From: Trichomonas gallinae
Taxonomy: Eukaryota
Direction of reading: 5' to 3'
Assembly (NCBI GenBank): GCA_008369845.1
Contig: MRSU01005785.1
Coordinates: forward strand, 1-49,840
DNA: 49,840 nucleotides
Below, piece after piece: positions 32,271-42,888 of the stretch. The translations under genes and the position numbers were made by a program. The notes under the pieces are model-generated. The model had not been told where the DNA came from, made no database searches, and worked only from the letters and a program-made list of their open reading frames with translations. The first letter of the stretch is position 1. Each line of letters opens with the position of its first letter.

Positions 32271-32299
32271 TAAAATACATTAATGTGAATATATCTTCC

Positions 32300-32974
32300 T
32301 GTACGAGTATTAGACTGAAGTATCACACAACGACTTTCTTGCATTATCTCCATTATCGAAATAATTATTTTCATATCAAAAATATTTATTACAATATATC
32401 GAAATGAATATTAAAATTAAATCGTTTCGCTGCGATAGCAAGCTCATATGCCAGTTAATGCTTTTCTAGCTTCCATTTCTTTTGGCATTGCTTAGATTCC
32501 AAGATATGATGTAATTTACAATCATTGTGTCGGATAACTGCTAAAACTTGAAAGGATTAGTACCTACCATATACTAATCGTATAGTTCATTATTCAAAGA
32601 TTTTCACCTGATTATATGTCAATCGTTTCATCGAAAACCCATGATATATATCATCTTCATAGTATTTTTCATTCGAAAGATATATCAATTATGTTATTCC
32701 CTGGACATTATGCAATGGTTAGGTAAGATACATACGCAGAATGCATTAAATCATTCATCCGCTGCACTCGTATATTATTTTTATATTTTTTTACTCTTGA
32801 ATCGCTCTCAAAGTGAAGTTGAATTCCAGGATTTGATCGAAAAGATATGGGTTCCGTTCCCTATATAGCAGACAGTTCTCGAGGAGGATGACATTTTTTG
32901 AATTTTTTTTATTTCGTTACGAATTTGAATTCATTTTTTGAAGAAGAGGCGAGACTTTTATATTCGTCTGTCAT
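32300..32974 (-). pseudogene. Decayed gene with upstream promoter motifs
   Basis: AAAAGTGACGACCTTT upstream; frame from ATG 32974 reads MTDEYKSLASSSKNEFKFVTK*...GTEPISFRSNPGIQLHFESDSRVKK with scattered stops; downstream boundary approximate. Confidence 0.35.
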
Positions 32975-33673
32975 TAATCAAATGGCAAGACAAAACTCAA
33001 TGAAAAAGAAAGGTCGTCACTTTTATCATTCGTCAAATTGGCAAAATATTTATTATTACCTGTTATTTATAGCACATATCTGAGCTATATTTAAATTTTT
33101 CATTGTTTCTTCCTGTAAAACCGCTACAATAATTGACAAGGGTCAAGTTTAACATTATAACAATATATGGATATCAAATATATATATTATGATTTTTTTT
33201 TTATTAATATTTACGAGGTCGTAAAAATTATTTATATGATATGTGGAGTATAAATTTATCAATTAATATCGTTCTAAAATTGAATGGAATTATATCATTA
33301 TCAAAAATATAAAGAAAACAATATGTCATATATACTGTATAGATGATTTTTCCCGAAAATAATATGATTATCTCCCCACAATTTTTTGAGGGCTCGTATT
33401 TGTGAACTATATCTGATATTTCAATTTCTTGGCTTTTTCTGTATTTCAATACTTTCATCTTTTTTACAATATTCAGATATATCCCTATTATAACATCATA
33501 GCAATTGATTTAAACAAAAATTGCTAAAGATCGGACCATTTATACCTGTTAAAAAGCATTACGCTAAAATGTTTCTATTTTATATATTGATCTTTTTAAA
33601 CGAATCTACAACGTTTAATTAAAAATGGATTCAATTAATTGAATTGTCAATTATTTTAATCAAAACGCACAGA

Positions 33674-34018
33674 ATGTCACACAACAAGGGTTTCATCAAG
33701 TTTTCGGGCTCCCTCAGTGAATTATCAACTCTTATTAGGAACCACGATGGCTTAACTGTTCTTGATATTGATGCCGTTTGGTGTCCATGCTGCAGAAGAG
33801 TAATGAAACTTCTTCCAGGGTATGCACAAGAACATCCAAATGTACAATTAATTAGAGTTGATGGTGAGGATAACGCAGAAATTAAAATGTATTATGGTGT
33901 TGAAGCTTATCCATCTTTCAAGTTCCTCAAATCAAAGTCACTTCTCGAGCCAATTGATTCACTCACTGGCATGGATATGCCTTTGATGAAGAAGAAGCTT
34001 GCTACTCATTCCTACTAA
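33674..34018 (+). CDS. Thioredoxin-fold protein with WCPCC site, 114 aa (start ATG 33674)
   Basis: TVLDIDAVWCPCCRRV, LIRVDGED, YGVEAYPSFKF (cis-Pro loop). Confidence 0.88.
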   Translation: MSHNKGFIKFSGSLSELSTLIRNHDGLTVLDIDAVWCPCCRRVMKLLPGYAQEHPNVQLIRVDGEDNAEIKMYYGVEAYPSFKFLKSKSLLEPIDSLTGMDMPLMKKKLATHSY

Positions 34019-34849
34019 GAAATTTATTCCATGGTCCAAAAAATTGTTTGTAGAGTTGATCATTAGACTAATATCTATTTTCCATATATTATTTTATTCT
34101 CATTAAACTATCTATCATATATTTATATTGTTTCTTTATCAGTCAATTGAAATTTTCTGCGCTAAATCATGCCCAATTGCATTGGATCATGCAAGGAACT
34201 TCTCCTGTACTACAAATTTCTGTCTTAAACTCAAATTTATACTGTAATTATGTCTTTTGAAAATTCATGTTAGGCCAATGATGTTTGGAGCGTTTTCTGA
34301 TTAGAAGAAACAAAGTCAAACACAAAATGAAGACAATGTAATAATGAAAACATCTCTAAATCCCACATATAAAATTTTGATACAAAATTTATCAATTTAT
34401 TTAGTATTGATCAACTCATAGATTCCATAGACTTAGTAAGTGCGTAATTTAATTCATTACATTTAAATATATGTCTTGACGAATGAGATATTGAAATTAT
34501 CAGATTAAATATAGGATTTCGAGATTTTAACTATGCATATATTTATTTATAGTAAGAGTCATTCTGATCTATAATATAGAGAAGCTGAACTAATGATCAT
34601 TGAAAATTGATAAAAATATATAATTCAGTTCGTCTTAATTTTGTTGTTTTCTGCTAGAGTAAATATTTTAGATAATGATTTTAGTGTTTGTTTACTATTT
34701 TAATTATTTTGACATGTAAAATGTCATAAAAAATTTTACATTTCATTTTTGAAACTCAAAAATTGGCTGTGCAATCAATTAATTTAATTATAGGAATAAA
34801 AAGTGAAGATGTAATGAATTTTTGACACTTTTTGTTGTAAATTTGGTAG

Positions 34850-35662
34850 ATGTGTGAAATCGAGTACAGCGGCGTCCTTCCAGGCCAGGCAGGTGGACAC
34901 GGCAGAATCATGCAGTGCTTCGAGAAGGTTTCTCAGACACATTGCATTGCAAAGCCTGTTGATCACAGAGAAGCCGGCGCATATCCATTATTAGAAAATA
35001 CACCGCTTGCCAAGCATGTTCCAAAGTATTTCGGAATTCACACAGTAAATGAGAAAGAATGCATCGTTATTGAAGACTTAACTTATGGATACAAATCTCC
35101 ATCTGTTGCAGACTTGAAAGTTGGAACAAGACATTACGATCTCCAGGCCACTGAGCAGAAAATAAAGGAGCTCACAGAGAAACAAGAGGGATCTACAACA
35201 AACTCACACGGTGTTCGTGTTATTGGCCTAAATGCAAAGAAGAATGGCGAAGTTACATTCGAACAGGATAAGAAGCAGGGACTTAAGAATACAGTTGACC
35301 AACTTAAATCCGCAATTGACTCATTCTTCCCAGGAAAACTGAAATCTATCTTTAATAAGAAGCTCATTGTATTACGTGACGCATTTGTTGAGATGCAAAA
35401 GCAAAATCCAGGCTTCAGAATCTATGCAAGCTCAGTTTTAGCCGTTTATGATGGAGATGCAAAGAATGATTCTGATGATTGCCTTCGTGTCATGCTTATT
35501 GACCTTGCTCACCTCTACATTGATATTTCTAAGGATGGAGCTGATGTAACTGACAAATCATATGATGATGGCGTTCTTATTGGCTTAAATAACTTGATTG
35601 AATTTACAAAGGATAGTTCTTCGCCAGAAAAGAAGAAATCCAAAGCGTGCATCCTTATTTGA
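34850..35662 (+). CDS. Inositol polyphosphate kinase (IPMK/IP6K superfamily) with C-terminal CaaX
   Basis: QAGGH, IEDLT, PSVADLKVG (PxxxDxKxG), SSVL, IDLAH, DDGVLIGLNNL; ends KKKSKACILI. Confidence 0.92.
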   Translation: MCEIEYSGVLPGQAGGHGRIMQCFEKVSQTHCIAKPVDHREAGAYPLLENTPLAKHVPKYFGIHTVNEKECIVIEDLTYGYKSPSVADLKVGTRHYDLQATEQKIKELTEKQEGSTTNSHGVRVIGLNAKKNGEVTFEQDKKQGLKNTVDQLKSAIDSFFPGKLKSIFNKKLIVLRDAFVEMQKQNPGFRIYASSVLAVYDGDAKNDSDDCLRVMLIDLAHLYIDISKDGADVTDKSYDDGVLIGLNNLIEFTKDSSSPEKKKSKACILI

Positions 35663-36098
35663 TCTGCAAAATTTAAACAAATTGCTTTAATTGTTATTAA
35701 ATATCTATATCATTATATCTATATACGACCGGATTTTTTTTTATGGTTTCAATATTATTAAGATTTGCAGCTTCAAATAATGGAGTCATATCATATTTGT
35801 TTCAATGCATGTTTTAAGTTCAACCCACTTTGTTAAAGCTTCAACATGACAAAGAATATGAATATTAACTTTATTTTGTATATTTAGAAACATAATATTG
35901 ATAATGCAATATTCTTTTGAGGATAGATGTATTTATTCATCATGCATTCATATCAATCAATAGATATTTTAAACATTGTATTAAAAATTCACAACGACTT
36001 ATTTTGTGGAAACTACATAACAAACAGTACCCTCTATATTTGTCGGTAAGTTGTTTTTGCTTTGTTTTATCATATGATTATTTTTCTCAATCTTTAAT

Positions 36099-37150
36099 TC
36101 ATAATAGAATAATCACATATAAAATGAAGATAATTGATGTTCTGTGATGAAGAACGCGACATGTAATGGGTGTCGGATACAAGAAGGACAGGATAGAGTT
36201 GTAGCTGTCGTAAAAGCGGACTGTTGTGTTACCGAAAAGTGATGAAGGATATATTCGACTTACGTAGATAGTGGCGAGATTAGTATTGATTGGGGACAAA
36301 GAAAAGTCTGTGGAGCCTAGATAGATGACATTTTTGATCCCGTTGTAAGAAGATAGGATTCTTGGTTCGATCTTGTTGACGCTAGAAGGGATGAACAAAG
36401 TCTTAAATTTTGGACAATTTTCGAAGCGAGTGGATAATGATTTTAATGTTTCTGGAAAAATAACTTCTTTCAGACTAGGAAGATAGAAAAAATTATAATC
36501 AGGTATAGATGTGATTTTAGTTCTTGATAAATTGATTATTTTTAAATACGAAGAAGAGTAAAATGAATAATTTTCAACTGTCAACAAATTTTCGTCAAAT
36601 TCTACAACATCTATTAATGAGCCTTTAAGCGCAACCATTTGAATACTACTTACGTTTGTGCGGATTTTTGTAGCTTCAGTTGTTACTCTTACTAGCTTAT
36701 TCGTGGAAATTTCATACAAGCAGCCGTTTTCGACAAAAAAGTATGGATTTTTAGGAGAAACAAAGATTTTGTCAACTGAACTACATTCTATTCCGCTTGA
36801 ATAAATATACTGCAAGTTTGGTCCAAATGATAATTCTCGAACTGCAGCAGAAAGCAAAGCTCTTTCATGGATAGCAATCAAGCTTTCTGGAAATTTTATC
36901 GAAATTAAATTCCAAGTTGCATAAAAAGCTTGGTAATCTATTTTAGTAATGTTCGTATTGAATATATCAATAGTTATAATAGATGAATGTGAAAATCCAT
37001 TTGAGCAAATACTTTCAATTGTAATGTCGTCTATTTGAAGTGGAACAACTACATCTCCATTATAATTTGGGTTGGAAATTTTAACGCACGTTCCATCTAA
37101 TACTAGTTGTGCGATTTACTAATTTTCAAAAAAATCAATAATAATCAGAT
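36099..37150 (-). pseudogene. BspA-like (TpLRR/LRR_5) surface protein lacking a start codon
   Basis: Frame open 37115-36099 (338 codons) with LKEVIFPETLKSL, LFIPSSVNKI repeats and hydrophobic C-tail; signal-like LLLIFLKISKS lies in another frame; no ATG after Inr+AAAGTGAC (~37160-37175). Confidence 0.7.
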
Positions 37151-37321
37151 TAAATAATTGTCACTTTTAAAATGATTCTATTGGACCAACAAACAAGTCG
37201 TTTTCCCATGCTGCTATTGTTATATAATAGTAATAAAAGTATTTGACGTGTAAATATTTTACATGTCAATGTTAATTTAATAATCAAACAAAAAAATTTA
37301 TGATAAAAACAAAAAATAATA

Positions 37322-39553
37322 TTATTGATCTGGTTGAATGAAATCATGTCCAACATTTCTAAATTCAACACCATTGAAGCCAATCCTGAAGCTGAGCTCG
37401 CTGACAACATGTCTTGATCTTGTAGCTCCTTCTCCATTTATGCGCGTTTTCATGAAGTCTTTGATTTGATCTTGATGCCTTATTAAGTCGTTCAGCTCAA
37501 GGCGGAGTATATGACTAGTCGGGCTCATGTGTATGTTGATGCTCTTATACCTTCTTATTGCACGCGGAGCAGCTCCTTCGAAAACGCAGTTAATAAGATC
37601 TGACTCGGAATTCGCATGGCATTTAATATAAAAAGTACCAGCGACAGAATTCAGCGCTGCAGCTCTATACTTCATTCTGTCAACTATCTGCGTTGCCTCG
37701 ATTATGTCGAGGGACTGAGAGTGTATTGATATAGTCTGGACAGTTTTCACGAATGTGATGATCGCACGCTTGATGTGGTCGATAGATGGTAAGGGTGATT
37801 TTTGAGGAATCTCGAACTGGCTTTCGAGCGTCGAATGCTTCGATGTAGCAACATATTGTGGAATTGCTTCAAGCAGAGCATCTCTGACAACAGTTGCATC
37901 GGAAATATTCTGTGTCGTGAAGCCGAGCATCTGAGCAACTTTGTATCCTTGAGCTTCATTACTTTCTAATGAATTTTTTGAAATCGCGTCTCTGAAGTTC
38001 AATGAATTGTCTCTGAGTATTATATTTAAAGTCTCGCATATCTGCCAGAACAGATAAACCAAGCGGAATAAGTGCGGAGTGAGATAAAGGATCGATAAAT
38101 CTGTACTTGGATTAACACATGGCTCGTTTTTGATGAATATTTCGTTGTCGTTTTTTTCATTTATACCCAAGAAAACTAAAATAAATCTCTTCATCACTGT
38201 AGCTGTTGTTTCGCACTGCATATGCTGCAATGATGCTCTGCATGATCTGTTTATTAGATCTTCTGCAAATAAAACTACATTTTGATCGAAATCTAAAGAT
38301 AATTTCGTGCCATCATCCAAAGCAATGAGCGGATCCTCCTCTTTTGCAAGCTGTGTGGTATTATTTGTAGAAGCATGTGGTTCATTCTTCTTATCAAGCG
38401 ATTTCTTGATGTTGCGCTTGTTAAATTCGTGATAATCTGATTCTTTTTGTCTGCGATACTCTTGGAGTTCATTCATCTTCTGTGTGATGCGCTCAATGAT
38501 CATTTCTAGTGATTTAATGGGATGCTGAGTGATAGAAAAGAGCAGAGGCTCGATATTTTCTTGTCCGTAAATATCTTCAAGAGTGAGAAAGTCTAAGGGC
38601 GTCAAATTATGCTGTGGGAACGATATTGTGTCTATATGTATGTTTTGTGCCTCTTCGCTCTCTGGATCTGCAATTGCCCGTACTAATGCATTTAATCTGT
38701 AAATTGTTGAGCGCATACGAGTGATTGTCACATCCATGGTGACACGCTCGTCTTCATTATCGAATATTCGCTCTTCGTATGTATTTCTCTGAACAAAACT
38801 GAAATTACAATCTAATCCTGCAGCAGAAATTGCCCAACGATCGTTGCAAGCACAAAATTCTGTAATTCGTCGACCACTACACGTGCAATCGACTTTGTTT
38901 GAAGGGAGAAGGCCATAAGACCCTTTTTTAATTCTTCCTATTGGATGATCAGGCATAAATATATCATTTGGATACGTGCAAACTAGCTCTGAGTCAACAA
39001 TCTTTTGATGTGTAATAGCAGATGGATCTAAATCCGATTGCGAAGGTGGAATATCAGTATTAAGATATCTAGGTACATATGAATACTTAACGCAACCATC
39101 GTAAATCAACTGCATAAAATGATTTGTTTGTGAAATTGGCTTAAATAGCTCCCAGAGAAGCCAAAATGGACCTGATGTTGCTTTAATATGCTCCAAATAA
39201 ACGAAAGCGTCCATTAAGTTTCCTTTTTTGAGCATTGCATCGCGAATCTTAAATAAAAACTGTTGAAGAGCACCTGGCCACAATTCGAATTCAGTCACTG
39301 TGATCAAGAATGGATCATCAGTCAAACAGCCTGAACGGGATAGTGCAGGAGGTACTTCTTCTATGATTGCAGCAAATCTTTGTGTTAATGCTGCATTAGA
39401 TCTTAATAATGTAAAAACAATTGTTAGACAAGTGCTTCTCGTGATCTTTTTTTCGGCATATAAGCATAATGTCCTAAGGATAGCATCGCTCTTAAATTTA
39501 CTCTTCAACTGAAGTTGAAGATCTGAAATGAAAGATAACAATGCTGAATCCAT
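37322..39553 (-). CDS. SIN3: Sin3-like co-repressor (HDAC-interaction domain), 743 aa
   Basis: GSYGLLP...CSGR...NDRWAIS...RNTYEERIFDNEDERVTMDVTI...IYG...KSLD; degenerate PAH-like N-terminus. Confidence 0.85.
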   Translation of the reverse strand: MDSALLSFISDLQLQLKSKFKSDAILRTLCLYAEKKITRSTCLTIVFTLLRSNAALTQRFAAIIEEVPPALSRSGCLTDDPFLITVTEFELWPGALQQFLFKIRDAMLKKGNLMDAFVYLEHIKATSGPFWLLWELFKPISQTNHFMQLIYDGCVKYSYVPRYLNTDIPPSQSDLDPSAITHQKIVDSELVCTYPNDIFMPDHPIGRIKKGSYGLLPSNKVDCTCSGRRITEFCACNDRWAISAAGLDCNFSFVQRNTYEERIFDNEDERVTMDVTITRMRSTIYRLNALVRAIADPESEEAQNIHIDTISFPQHNLTPLDFLTLEDIYGQENIEPLLFSITQHPIKSLEMIIERITQKMNELQEYRRQKESDYHEFNKRNIKKSLDKKNEPHASTNNTTQLAKEEDPLIALDDGTKLSLDFDQNVVLFAEDLINRSCRASLQHMQCETTATVMKRFILVFLGINEKNDNEIFIKNEPCVNPSTDLSILYLTPHLFRLVYLFWQICETLNIILRDNSLNFRDAISKNSLESNEAQGYKVAQMLGFTTQNISDATVVRDALLEAIPQYVATSKHSTLESQFEIPQKSPLPSIDHIKRAIITFVKTVQTISIHSQSLDIIEATQIVDRMKYRAAALNSVAGTFYIKCHANSESDLINCVFEGAAPRAIRRYKSINIHMSPTSHILRLELNDLIRHQDQIKDFMKTRINGEGATRSRHVVSELSFRIGFNGVEFRNVGHDFIQPDQ

Positions 39554-39962
39554 TGTTCATGTCAAATGATTTCTGACAAGTAAATTTACAATATGACATG
39601 TAAATAATTTACTTGACAGAAATATATTGTGTTTTAATACAATATTCTATGCACATTATATAGTCATTTTCTATATAGAAAAATCCAAATATCAGTGTAA
39701 ATTAATATATTGCAGCATTTGACAATCATTAATTACAATTGACAAATAAAGATATATTTTGACGAATAAATAATTTTATTTGACAAAAAAGTAATATATT
39801 GTATTCATATGCTCAATGTTTAAGTATAAACTTCTATACAGTTTATATAGTCGATTTCTTCATAAAAGAATTCAAATATCAATGTAATTCAATAGATTTG
39901 GGGCATTTTGTACTTTTGACATATAAATCGATTTTTGACATGTAAATAATCGAAAAATTAGA

Positions 39963-40208
39963 ATGTCAGAAAATAGCAAGGCTGATGTTGATATGAGCTC
40001 AGTGAAGACTGATGATTCTCCAGCTATGCAGAATAACTTTGTTGAGTTACAAGACTGGTGCAACAAATCGCTTGAGCAGCTTGATTTTTCATGCGCTCTA
40101 CTCTCACAATGCTTAGATAGCGATTTAAGTGATCTCAAGCGTCAAAGTGCAGTACTTAATCAATGTCTTGATACAGTCAATGAATTACGTTCAAATTTAG
40201 AAAATTAA
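39963..40208 (+). CDS. Small coiled-coil protein, 81 aa, unknown function
   Basis: ATG preceded by TGACATGTAAA motif, heptad Leu pattern, stop within TAAA; divergent from Sin3-like gene. Confidence 0.65.
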   Translation: MSENSKADVDMSSVKTDDSPAMQNNFVELQDWCNKSLEQLDFSCALLSQCLDSDLSDLKRQSAVLNQCLDTVNELRSNLEN

Positions 40209-41462
40209 AATCGAAAATTCCATCGGTTAATTTCTATTTGTTACACCCATACATTGCAATGCACTAATTTGTTTACAGTCTCCAATACTACTGCTTAGCA
40301 ATTCTTCAATTTATTTATGATATTTCATCGCTGTAACTCTATATCAAGTAATAATAAGGTCAATATTATATTTAGCAAAAATGAATGTTTCAGTTTGCTT
40401 TATGAACAAAATCATACGAATTCATAATCGAAGTCTACATTGATTTAATTTAAGTTAAATTACTGAATGCCAATGCATTCTCATGCAACTACTTTGTAAT
40501 TTTGTCTTGCTTAAAATATTAAAAATTAGGAAAATATAAATCAAAATACTTTATCTTGCTCATATTTTTAATTACATTTGATAAACTTGGATATCTAATT
40601 GCTATATCTGTAATGCTCGCTTTTCAAGCGTAAATAGTAAATATTTTTACAACTCATCAATTAATTGTGTTTTTCATGTAAATTATGCATCTCAATTTAA
40701 TGTCATTTACCAAATAATGAAATCTACGGTATGTTATCCATTCATTCAATAGTAATTGTAATATCATACAAATATCTGCTTGAATCCAAGGATGATTTAC
40801 CATATAAATAGTCTTCAATGGGTTGCTAACAACAATGAAATGTTTGGCATGATGCAAAGCTGGGTTAATTAGATGAAGAAAGGACAGATCATTGTTCAAC
40901 TCTTTGAATTATGAATATATAATTCACAAAACGAAGGTGTTATAATATGCATTAGTAGAGTATCATAAATAACAAAGAAAAGTGAGCGGAACCGAAATTG
41001 AGTGATTGTCGAAATATCACAAAACTCAAAACATGTCAATTCATGAGAGCGTTTGGCAGACAGCATATGTGATAGACATATAATCTTATTTCATCTAAAA
41101 TGGCCAGATAATTCGAACTTTTGGGTAGTCATTAACAATATTCGAACAATTTTATAGGAAAGGATAGTTTAACTCATTTGCAAATTTGTATATTTTTATG
41201 GCCCTTTTATATATATTATAATAATAGCCTCTCATTTATAATAATTGTAAAAAAAAAAAACTTTCATTACATGACGATCAAAAAACAGAAAATAATCGAT
41301 TTGTTGATGAAATGAGATATTAACATGAAGCAATGCTTATATTCGCAAAAAAACTGAAAATCATGAGTTCATTTTTCTCAATTTTGTTTTTTATTTGATA
41401 TTTGGGGACTACACAATGAAATGATAAGGTATATGCGGTCAAAAGGGAAAAGTGAATAGAAA

Positions 41463-41504
41463 GACGGCTGTTCAGAATTTTGTGATTAGATGGTCAGTTC
41501 ACTT
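41463..41504 (+). promoter_or_regulatory. Core promoter of SCS-beta: M3-like GACGGCT and tandem Inr TCAGTTCACTT
   Basis: GACGGCT at 41463-41469; TCAGTTCACTT at 41494-41504, 4 nt before the ATG. Confidence 0.65.
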
Positions 41505-41508
41505 TAAT

Positions 41509-42738
41509 ATGCTTTCCAACGGAAGCTTTGCCCGTAACTTCAACATCCTTGAATGGCAGTCCAAGGAAATCTGCGCTAAATTCAACGTTGCTGCTGGTAT
41601 CAACCTTGTTGCCCGCACACCAGAAGAGGCTGCTGCCGCTTTCAAGAAGATGAACCTCCCAGCCGCCGTCATCAAGGCTCAGGTCTACTGCGGTGGCCGT
41701 GGCAAGGGCCATTGGAAGGAGACAGGCTTCAAGTCTGGCGTCCACTTCGTCAAGTCAGCTGATGAGGCTGCCAAGATCGCTAAGGAGATGCTTGGTCACC
41801 ACCTTGTTACAAAGCAGACAGGCGCTGACGGCCTTCTCTGCAACGCTGTCATGCTTTCCGACCCAGTCGAAGTCAAGCGCGAGCTTTACTTCGCTATCCT
41901 TCTCGACCGCCAGACACAGTCCCCAGTCGTCATCGCTTCCACAGAAGGTGGTGTCGAAATCGAAGAGGTTGCTGCCAAGCACCCAGAGAAGATCCACAAG
42001 TTCGTCCTTGATGGTGTTGAGGGCATCACACGCGATGTTGCTGTCAACATCTCCAAGAAGCTCGGCCTCACAGGAAAGGCTTACGAGAACGGTGTCGAGG
42101 AAATGCAGAAGCTCTGGAAGCTCTTCGTTGGCTCCGATGCTACACAGGTCGAAGTTAACCCACTCGCCGAGACAACAGACGGCCGCATCATCACAGTCGA
42201 CTCCAAGTTCAACTTCGATGACTCCGCTCACTACCGCCAGAAGCAGATCTTCGGCTACCGCGACCTCAAGGAAGTCAACCCACTCGAACTCCGCGCTGAG
42301 AAGTATGGCCTTAACTATGTCCCACTCGATGGTGATGTCGCTTGCCTCGTTAACGGTGCTGGCCTTGCTATGGCTACAATGGATGTCATCAAGCTTGCTG
42401 GTGGTGAACCAGCTAACTTCCTCGATCTCGGTGGTGGTGCTTCCGAGGCTGCTGTTACAGAGGGCTTCATGATCATCTCTTCCCAGAAGCACGTCAAGGC
42501 TATCCTTGTCAACATCTTCGGTGGTATCGTCCGCTGCGACATGGTCGCTGCTGGTGTCATCGCTGCCTTCAAGAAAGTTGGCCTCAAGGTCCCACTTGTC
42601 GTCCGCCTCGAGGGTACAAACGTCGAAGCTGGCAAGAAGCTCCTCCGCGAGTCCGGCCTTCCAATCATCGCTGCTGACAACCTTACAGATGCTGGTATCA
42701 AGGCTGTCGCTGCTGCCAAGGGCGAGAAGCTTATCTAA
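41509..42738 (+). CDS. sucC: Hydrogenosomal succinyl-CoA synthetase beta subunit (AP51-type), 409 aa (true start ATG 41509)
   Basis: Presequence MLSNGSFAR/N, KAQVYCGGRGKG, EVNPL, NGAGLAMATMD, NFLDLGG, NIFGGIVRCD; extreme codon bias. Confidence 0.98.
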   Translation: MLSNGSFARNFNILEWQSKEICAKFNVAAGINLVARTPEEAAAAFKKMNLPAAVIKAQVYCGGRGKGHWKETGFKSGVHFVKSADEAAKIAKEMLGHHLVTKQTGADGLLCNAVMLSDPVEVKRELYFAILLDRQTQSPVVIASTEGGVEIEEVAAKHPEKIHKFVLDGVEGITRDVAVNISKKLGLTGKAYENGVEEMQKLWKLFVGSDATQVEVNPLAETTDGRIITVDSKFNFDDSAHYRQKQIFGYRDLKEVNPLELRAEKYGLNYVPLDGDVACLVNGAGLAMATMDVIKLAGGEPANFLDLGGGASEAAVTEGFMIISSQKHVKAILVNIFGGIVRCDMVAAGVIAAFKKVGLKVPLVVRLEGTNVEAGKKLLRESGLPIIAADNLTDAGIKAVAAAKGEKLI

Positions 42739-42888
42739 AGAATTTTGCTCATTAATTACATAAACAAAACGAGTTTTTCTTTTTTGAAATTAATTCTTTA
42801 AATTTTTTCATCATAACCGGCTAAAATTGCTTTTATTATATAGCAAATTCATCATCAAATCAGTTTGTTGCTGCATTTTTTCGCTGTT

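Noticed and set aside
41693..42719. 259-, 245- and 134-aa overlapping ORFs on SCS-beta
   Set aside because: Same codon-bias artefact; S/R- or L/D-rich translations with no motifs.
4298..42865. TTG/GTG starts in the ORF track (4298, 13482, 31797, 33644, 36881, 41452, 42865)
   Set aside because: Eukaryotic genes: downstream ATGs follow Inr/M2 motifs or match family N-termini, so starts were corrected; the BspA-like frame has no usable ATG.
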